Assembly: GCA_027031765.1 (NCBI GenBank)
Contig: JALVPN010000208.1
Span: 1,714-24,081, forward strand
Source of the DNA: Promethearchaeota archaeon
Lineage (GTDB): Archaea > Asgardarchaeota > Thorarchaeia > Thorarchaeales > Thorarchaeaceae
Direction: 5' to 3'
DNA length: 22,368 nucleotides
Shown in pieces: positions 15,813-22,368 of the stretch. The position numbers and the translations under genes are program-made. The stretch's first letter is position 1. Each line of letters starts with the position of its first letter. The notes below the pieces were generated by a model. The model was given only the letters and a program-made list of their open reading frames with translations, was not told where the DNA came from and ran no database searches.

Positions 15813-15851
15813 CGGGTCTCTGTGGCCAATATGGCGCAGAGCTCCCACCCG
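15813..15851. terminator. Putative hairpin between the convergent GTPase and LRR genes
   Basis: CGGGT/ACCCG, CTCTG/CAGAG and GCC/GGC stems around the loop AATAT, starting immediately after the GTPase stop. Confidence 0.35.
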
Positions 15852-15886
15852 GGCCTCCGGCGCACCACCCCGTGACACGTTGCCGG

Positions 15887-16963
15887 TCAGTCACCCGGAG
15901 CGTACCACTCCACCGGTACTGTGTCTATCACCTCTTCCACAGCAGGCGGCAGTTCTGCACCTCTGAACTTCGAGGCAATCCTGATACTGCAGTCCGGGGG
16001 GAGAGTCATGTCAGCAAGGCTGTGACAGGAGTGGAGCGGGCTGAGGTCGAGAGTCCTGATGTCGTTCTCTTCGAGCTCGCTCTCGCTGGCAATGTAGAGC
16101 TCTTCAAGGGCCGTGCAGCCGGCTAGCGGCCTCAGGTCGAGGGCCGACAAGCGGTTCCTTGCCATGTCGAGGGACACAAGCTCACCGGCCGCATGTAGTG
16201 GTCCAAGGTCGAGGTCAGTGAGCTCATTCAGTGCAAGCCCAAGACGGGACAGGTGGCGGCAGGCGGCGAGGGGTGACAGGTCGATTCTTGAGAGGCGGTT
16301 CCCACCGAGCCGCAGGATACGCAGTTCGTGGCACGATGCGAGGGGCGTCAGGTCGACCTCTGTCAGCTGGTTGTGGTGGAGGTACAGGTACCGCAGTGCA
16401 CGACATGACGCGAGGGGTCGGAGGTCGAGTCGGGCGAGCCTGTTGTACATGAGGTTCAGCAGTTCGAGGTGAGCACACGGTGCCAGCGGGGTCAGGTCGA
16501 CTCCGCTCAACATGTTGTTCTGTAGTTCGAGGCCCTGCAGCTGCGTACACACTTCCAGTGGGGCGAGGTCGATAGCCGCAATCCCGTTGTCGAACAGCCG
16601 CAGGCGTCTGAGTGCCGGCAGCTCCCGGACAGCCCTCAGGTCAAGGTCGCCGAGCTGGTTCGAGCCGAGGGCCAGGACCTCCAGCCTTGGGCACTCTCCA
16701 AGTGGACGCAGGTCAACCTCCGCGAGCTGGTTCTTCGTGAGGTGTAGTTCTCGGATCTCCGACCCCGCCAGTGGTGTCAGGTCTATCCCTGTCAGTTTGT
16801 TGTTGCTGAGATCCAGCACCTCCACCTGCGGACACTCTGATAGCGGTCCGAGGTCGATGGCAGTTATGTTCCTCCGGCTGAGGTCAATGGTGGTCGTCTC
16901 TTCGTCGACTTCGACCTCAACCGTCTTCACAGGCGTCCTGCACCTCAGTGTGACGTAGCACAA
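15887..16963 (-). CDS. Leucine-rich repeat protein (about 12 repeats of 24 aa)
   Basis: Consensus LxxLxLxxNxLxxIDLxPLxxCxx, for example LRYLYLHHNQLTEVDLTPLASCHE. TTG start with AGGTGA upstream. Confidence 0.92.
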   Translation of the reverse strand: MCYVTLRCRTPVKTVEVEVDEETTTIDLSRRNITAIDLGPLSECPQVEVLDLSNNKLTGIDLTPLAGSEIRELHLTKNQLAEVDLRPLGECPRLEVLALGSNQLGDLDLRAVRELPALRRLRLFDNGIAAIDLAPLEVCTQLQGLELQNNMLSGVDLTPLAPCAHLELLNLMYNRLARLDLRPLASCRALRYLYLHHNQLTEVDLTPLASCHELRILRLGGNRLSRIDLSPLAACRHLSRLGLALNELTDLDLGPLHAAGELVSLDMARNRLSALDLRPLAGCTALEELYIASESELEENDIRTLDLSPLHSCHSLADMTLPPDCSIRIASKFRGAELPPAVEEVIDTVPVEWYAPGD

Positions 16964-17279
16964 TGCTGCCCACTCACCTTTCTAGGCCCGACTTGTGGCA
17001 GCGCCTATTGAGTCTTCCCACGCATCAGGTCGGAGGCCGTCCCGCCACAGGCAGGGCCACAAGTCCACAGGGGGCCTCGTGGGCGCGACTGTCGCCGACG
17101 TCGCGGACTGCGGGGCTGTCCCGAGAACGTTTATCTTGACTGGCAGTACCTACAGTAGCTGGTGGACTCGCCGCCGGCCCTCTGAGACCGTGCACGGCAA
17201 AGTGGGTTACACTGTTCTACACCTCCTCATTGTCGTCACCGTCGGGCCCTCCGTCCATCAATGCAGGAGGAACTTTGCA

Positions 17280-20200
17280 TTGTACCGTAGTCGTAGGACA
17301 GCAGTCCCGTCGGTCGTAGTCCTGTCGCTCTTTGTACTCTCAGTGGCGTACTCTGTGCCGGTTGTGTCGGTGCCGACCGCAACGCCGACGGGCGACCACA
17401 CACCACGCCAGGTCGGGCCACAGGCCTCGGGACAGTCGAGTGCGGGCACTACCGTTGATTGGGAGCGTGACATCGGGACACGTGACGAGTCGTGGACCTA
17501 CCAGTCGAACACATGGCTCTTCGGTCCGCGACCCACCATCTCGATAAGACACGAGAATGACAGCGAGGTCGGCACCGGACACCTGGAGCTGGGGGAAACA
17601 GTCCACGCCCTGGCCACCGTTCCAAGGAGCGCGGTCTTTCAAGGCGCCTCGATTGACCGTGTGACTGTGGACGGCACTATGCTCACGCCGAGGACAGACC
17701 TGGGTGCACACTTCACCCTCTCATTCTCGGTGGCAGAAACGGTCTCGTGGACTGTTTTCTCGTCACAGTACAACGCATCTGCAACCCCCAGCCACTCCCA
17801 TGTGGGCTTCGTTGACCTCTTTGTGGGCCGGTGCACCAACTGGAGCGGTCCTGACAACTACTACATCCTCTTTGTGTTCACGTTCAATACCAACGCCTAT
17901 CCCGGTCTCTACATGTTCACGATTGATGTAGCCGATACTAGCGGGGCCCATACCACCACCGGTGGCTACTCGGGCGGCGGGGTTTCCACGGAGGTCGCGG
18001 TCGGCATGCCCCACGACCAGGCCGTGACCCTCGCTTACTCTGGCCGCTACACGCTCCAGAAACTCGACCTGGACGGCAATGCCCTGTACTCCGTCAGCAG
18101 GGGCAGCGACTTCACCATGCGGGCCAACGTCACTGGTACAGCGATAAGCTACGCCGTCCTGAAGTTCAGGCCCCCATCGTCCACACTCAGGACCGTCAAC
18201 CGGACAGGGTGGCACTACGAACTGGTGACGGGACACGGTGGATGGGTCTACAACGGCTCGCTGGGGATGTACGTCTGGAACGCGTCCGTCGACATCTCCT
18301 ACTACGCCCGGGTACTTGGTGTCTACTCCAAAACAGAGTACGAGTACAGGGACTTCACCAAGACGGTCACCACCAGAGCTTTGGTACGGAACAGTACCAC
18401 CCAGCAGTTCGAGGTGGTGTACAAGAACAGGACAGTCCCCCTCTATTTTGGGGTGCTCTACAATGCCACCACGGACACGTTCTCGGTACTGTACACATAT
18501 GACTACGAAACATACCCCTATGACCACTACGTCCCGGGGACGAACACCATCACGGTCACTGAGTACGACCCCGTCCCCCCCGATGACCCGCACTACTACG
18601 AGGTCAACCACACTCTCTCCGATGCCCACTGGTCAGACAACGTACTGGTCGTGGACTTTGTCGGCCACTTCACCTCTCTGATGCCAGTGAGTGATGATGC
18701 CTCCTCTTGGGTCAATATCGAGGACGTGGTGGTCGATGACCAGGGCCGGTACTGTGTCCCAGACGCATTCCTACCCGGTGCCCACCAGTCCATGAACGAC
18801 TACGACATGGCCCGGCAGGTCACACTGGACTACCCGGTCGTGGTCGCCTCACTGCTCGCTGCCGACGGCTCGGAGCTCGGGACACAGGTGTTCCAGACAG
18901 ACATCAACAGCCCGTTCATGGTGCGCGCACGGCTTGAGGGTGGGGCCAGCCTCGCGGACGACATGGACGCAGTTGGGCTGACGCTCACTACACTTGTGAG
19001 TAACTGGTCTGATGTCGAGAGGCTGTACAGCGACCTGGTCCTCAGTATCGACTGCTTCTTCAACGGCAGCGCACAGTTCTCTGCCTTCAACTACACTGTC
19101 AAGGAGAACTACACGTACTCCGTACATGAGGACTGGGTGCTGGTGAACAGTACCGGGTGGCACAAGTTCTACAACAAGTCCTCCGGTGCGTGGGAGTGGA
19201 CGTACGGTGACTACTCCTCGTGGGAATGGGTCGAGGTCGAGGGATGGCACTGGACCAAATGGTACTACAACCAGCTCACACAGGAGTGGCAGGTGGCACC
19301 TGTCTACCCACGCAGCGCCGAGACCGTGGTCGCAGAGGACTTCGCCTCCGTCAGTCAGGTCCAGGAGTGGGTGGACAGGGGCAGCCTGTATGCGTCCTTC
19401 GTGGTGGACATCACTGGCAACGTCCCCGACGCCACGTACTACTGGGACGTGGCCTTCCTCAACAACACGCTCTACGTGGACACATCGTCCACGTTCGGTG
19501 CCCACACCATGGTCTCCTGGGGCCGCGACTGGGTGTACAGCTTTGACCATGGGGGCCAGCGCGTCCATGTCGAGAGCTTCAGGCACGACCAGCTCGGGTA
19601 CTTCAACAGCACACTGTGTGCGGCCCAGGGCTCTGACTACCTGCTGGGCCATGAGAGCCCGTACATCATCCTCAAGGGCGAGGTGCTCCCGCTTAGGACA
19701 TACGATGTCTACGACGCAGCCACAGGTACCACACAGGTCAAGTTCTTCTTCAATGACCGCTACGACCCCATCAGCAAGAGGGAGTACTACCACTACGAAC
19801 TACAGAACGGATCGTGGGTCACGGTCACCTACTCGGACGCGGTGGTCGTGTACAATGTCACAACTCCTGGCGGCGACACGTTCCTCACCACAACCGACAA
19901 CCCCATGCTCCTCCCACACGGTGGCGGGTTCCTCTACGTGTGGTACGACCTCGATGGTGTGACCCACGCTGGCACAGCTGCGGAGTATGGGCCCGACAAT
20001 GTGCAGGTCGACGCGGTTGACCGGATTGGTCTCACAGAACCGCGGGACAAGTTCTTCGTACTGTATGGTGCTGACGCGGATGTCCTCTACCTGTCGCGGT
20101 ACTGGGACTGGGACTCGACAGCCTCGATATACTACATGACCGATGTCAATGGCACACGGTACGACCTCTCCTACAACTCGACTTCCGGCTTCTACTACGC

Positions 20201-22368
20201 GGAGATTGACGGAGAGCGGCAGCCTGTCACGTGGCCGGTGCCCTACGGCATGGAGACCTACCAGTCACACACAATCCATGTGACCCGCATGCAGGTCGTC
20301 CAGTCGTGGTACACCGAGCTCGGTGGCATCAGGTATGAGATGCCATATCCCGGGGCCCACGCGGCGGACGACGACGACCTCTCCCTCACGGTGTCCTCTG
20401 GCGGTCTCGTGCCCACAACCAGCTCAGTTGACTACCTGGGGACTACGTATCAGGTAACCGGCAGCAACGGTACTTACTACGTGGACATCGGTGGTGTCAC
20501 CTACTCACTCATCGAACACCACGGCCTCTACAGCCGGGCCAACGGCACCGAGGTCTGGGACCCCAACGTTGTGAGCTACAGCGGTCGGGTCGGCACCTAC
20601 GACGAACACTTGCGCTTCACATACCTCAACACCACAACGTTCACCTCCCAGACCCCACTGATGGAGCCCCCATCGACCGACTACTTCAAGCTGACCAACG
20701 ACACATCCTGGGTGGTCGAGTCGGGCTACCTCTCCCTGGTCTTCAAGTACGAGTACGATGGACAGCAGTTCTACTCGCAGCACAGGTCGCCAATGTCAGG
20801 CGGCGGGCCAGGTGAGGAGTACCTGTACTACGAGGCCCTGAACGGCACCATCGTGAACATCACCACATGGGAGACACTGGCACCACTCGAGACCTACCGT
20901 GTCTGGATGACCTATAATGACACGGTCAACAAGTACACGTTCGAGTTCCAGGGCAGGACCTACAACGCCACGTCCCAGGCAGTGTTCTTTGCCTCCTACC
21001 GCGTGCTGAACGCCACGTCCAGCAAGGACGTATTCATCGAGTGGAACGACGGCCAGATGGTGCCGGTCTACGAGTTCCAGTACCTCGGCAGCCCGGTCAC
21101 GGCCATCGCCCACAAGGAGAACGTCCTGCGCCTGCGTACAGTGTGGGGCTATGCCGTCCGCTACGGCCCGGTGGCAATTGATAGCGCCCTCTACAGGAAC
21201 TACGACTTACTAGTGCTCGGTACACCAGACACCGGCCTCTGGGAGGTGAGGACATGGGACGTCGACCCGGCAACGGGGGCGCTGGACCTGGACGGCGACC
21301 TGTCCACCACCGGTGACCAGTACTACGTCATGGAGCACTACACATCGGAGCAGCACCTTACGCGCAGTTGGGACCTGATGTCAGTACACGTGTCGTGGGA
21401 CCCCAACGTCACCGTCACCGGTGACGAGTCCGTTGTGGACTCGTGGTGTGGCCTCGAGACCTACACCTGGTCTACAAGCTGGGACGAGTCGTTCTACTGG
21501 TACCACGCAGCTGACATGACCCGGCTCACATCTACCGAGATGGACTCTGTCCGGGCCACGGCCCTCACGACTGGCGGCGACCCGAGGCCCGGCTACTGGG
21601 GCATTGGGTGGATGTGTCAGAACGTCTCGTGGGAGGACGTCCTGGCCGAGGCAGCAGAACGCGGGTGGGACTGGATCTCGGAGTCCCAGACGTGGACCTG
21701 GCTTACCTTTGGGATGTCCCAGGAGTACGATACCGGGGTGTCCACCGGCAGCGAGTTCCACCGGTACAGTGTGCAGCTCCGCTACGAGTTCAGCGGCCTC
21801 ATGGTCTGGGAGAACCGTGACAACGACCGGGTCATGGACGTGGACGTGCTTAGCCCTGCATCCGGCGAGCTCACCCACTACCTGATACCGGACTCGGTGA
21901 CCGCCCTCGACTTCATCATGCCAGGACAGGCCTACGGCGACGACCGGACATCGGGGTCACTACAGCTGGGGCTATATGATGAGGTCACCTGGGGCATCAG
22001 GTTCCTCGGCGTCAATGGCACGGTCTACCCGTTCACTACGTATGGGTACTGGGACTGGTACGCTGGTGTGGTCACCGGTTCAGACCTCCGGTCCTTTGAC
22101 GAGAGGCCGACCCGTGTGACCATCGACGAACTGTCCTTCATCGTACACCTCCAGGGCAATACCACCTCTCCAGACAGCGCGAACAACGAGGTGGACGTCA
22201 AGGTCGACAACTACGTCGGTAACTGGGACGTGGGCCTTGTTGGTGGCAGGGGCAACCTCGTCAACAGGTCGCTGGCACTCAACTACCTCGTAGACGTCAC
22301 CACCTCCGAGTACTGGGTCTTCAATGCCAACGGCACCGCCGCAACACCTGACAGTACTGTCTCTGCTG
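17280..22368 (+). CDS. Very large secreted/cell-surface glycoprotein (>1696 aa), partial, open at the right edge
   Basis: TTG 17280 follows AGGAGG. Signal-peptide-like MYRSRRTAVPSVVVLSLFVLSVAYS. Manual translation found no stop to the window end. It is rich in Y/W/T/D, with about 38 N-x-S/T sequons counted by hand. It is missing from the ORF track. Confidence 0.9.
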   Translation, partial: MYRSRRTAVPSVVVLSLFVLSVAYSVPVVSVPTATPTGDHTPRQVGPQASGQSSAGTTVDWERDIGTRDESWTYQSNTWLFGPRPTISIRHENDSEVGTGHLELGETVHALATVPRSAVFQGASIDRVTVDGTMLTPRTDLGAHFTLSFSVAETVSWTVFSSQYNASATPSHSHVGFVDLFVGRCTNWSGPDNYYILFVFTFNTNAYPGLYMFTIDVADTSGAHTTTGGYSGGGVSTEVAVGMPHDQAVTLAYSGRYTLQKLDLDGNALYSVSRGSDFTMRANVTGTAISYAVLKFRPPSSTLRTVNRTGWHYELVTGHGGWVYNGSLGMYVWNASVDISYYARVLGVYSKTEYEYRDFTKTVTTRALVRNSTTQQFEVVYKNRTVPLYFGVLYNATTDTFSVLYTYDYETYPYDHYVPGTNTITVTEYDPVPPDDPHYYEVNHTLSDAHWSDNVLVVDFVGHFTSLMPVSDDASSWVNIEDVVVDDQGRYCVPDAFLPGAHQSMNDYDMARQVTLDYPVVVASLLAADGSELGTQVFQTDINSPFMVRARLEGGASLADDMDAVGLTLTTLVSNWSDVERLYSDLVLSIDCFFNGSAQFSAFNYTVKENYTYSVHEDWVLVNSTGWHKFYNKSSGAWEWTYGDYSSWEWVEVEGWHWTKWYYNQLTQEWQVAPVYPRSAETVVAEDFASVSQVQEWVDRGSLYASFVVDITGNVPDATYYWDVAFLNNTLYVDTSSTFGAHTMVSWGRDWVYSFDHGGQRVHVESFRHDQLGYFNSTLCAAQGSDYLLGHESPYIILKGEVLPLRTYDVYDAATGTTQVKFFFNDRYDPISKREYYHYELQNGSWVTVTYSDAVVVYNVTTPGGDTFLTTTDNPMLLPHGGGFLYVWYDLDGVTHAGTAAEYGPDNVQVDAVDRIGLTEPRDKFFVLYGADADVLYLSRYWDWDSTASIYYMTDVNGTRYDLSYNSTSGFYYAEIDGERQPVTWPVPYGMETYQSHTIHVTRMQVVQSWYTELGGIRYEMPYPGAHAADDDDLSLTVSSGGLVPTTSSVDYLGTTYQVTGSNGTYYVDIGGVTYSLIEHHGLYSRANGTEVWDPNVVSYSGRVGTYDEHLRFTYLNTTTFTSQTPLMEPPSTDYFKLTNDTSWVVESGYLSLVFKYEYDGQQFYSQHRSPMSGGGPGEEYLYYEALNGTIVNITTWETLAPLETYRVWMTYNDTVNKYTFEFQGRTYNATSQAVFFASYRVLNATSSKDVFIEWNDGQMVPVYEFQYLGSPVTAIAHKENVLRLRTVWGYAVRYGPVAIDSALYRNYDLLVLGTPDTGLWEVRTWDVDPATGALDLDGDLSTTGDQYYVMEHYTSEQHLTRSWDLMSVHVSWDPNVTVTGDESVVDSWCGLETYTWSTSWDESFYWYHAADMTRLTSTEMDSVRATALTTGGDPRPGYWGIGWMCQNVSWEDVLAEAAERGWDWISESQTWTWLTFGMSQEYDTGVSTGSEFHRYSVQLRYEFSGLMVWENRDNDRVMDVDVLSPASGELTHYLIPDSVTALDFIMPGQAYGDDRTSGSLQLGLYDEVTWGIRFLGVNGTVYPFTTYGYWDWYAGVVTGSDLRSFDERPTRVTIDELSFIVHLQGNTTSPDSANNEVDVKVDNYVGNWDVGLVGGRGNLVNRSLALNYLVDVTTSEYWVFNANGTAATPDSTVSA

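Noticed and set aside
15270-16963. Split ROCO (LRR-Roc-COR) protein suggested by WDFGGQ plus an adjacent LRR gene
   Set aside because: The genes are separate and convergent, there is no COR domain, and DFGGQ also occurs in stand-alone prokaryotic small GTPases.
17044-17070. Three CCACAG/CCACAA hexamers upstream of the LRR and giant genes
   Set aside because: The motif is short, irregularly spaced and GC-rich, so chance cannot be excluded.
17123-17135. GAGAACG-TTTATC as BRE/TATA for the giant gene
   Set aside because: It is plausible but lies about 145 nt from the start and could serve either divergent gene. The support is too weak to call.
17763-19793. 288-aa and 314-aa minus-strand ORFs
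   Set aside because: They lie antisense to the uninterrupted giant plus-strand ORF. Such shadow ORFs are expected with high GC3.

Overview
GC-rich archaeal-type window. The Rab-like GTPase, longin-like protein, LRR type and TATA/BRE-type promoters suggest an Asgard archaeon, possibly Thorarchaeia (inference). Left to right: (1) a minus-strand FtsX-type ABC permease, absent from the ORF track, whose 3' part switches in frame into a sodium:solute symporter fragment at about nt 160-180, probably an assembly chimera; (2) an extended-SDR epimerase divergent from a MarR regulator, with a repeated CGAAATRT motif between them; (3) a tightly coupled tupABC-moaA-moaE-moaC-moaB-moeA tungstate uptake and pterin cofactor operon; (4) a small ribbon-helix-helix gene; (5) the most interesting block, 11326-15812, with two paralogous ~15-TM membrane proteins, a Zn-ribbon protein, a longin-like protein and an unlipidated Rab-like GTPase, in two units that share a promoter motif (AGTATCAAC-N9-CTATAAG); (6) a convergent 24-aa-repeat LRR protein; (7) a >1696-aa secreted, sequon-rich surface protein, also absent from the ORF track, running off the right edge. 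No rRNA, tRNA, CRISPR array or transposase was seen. Most other ORFs in the track are antisense or alternative-frame shadows.
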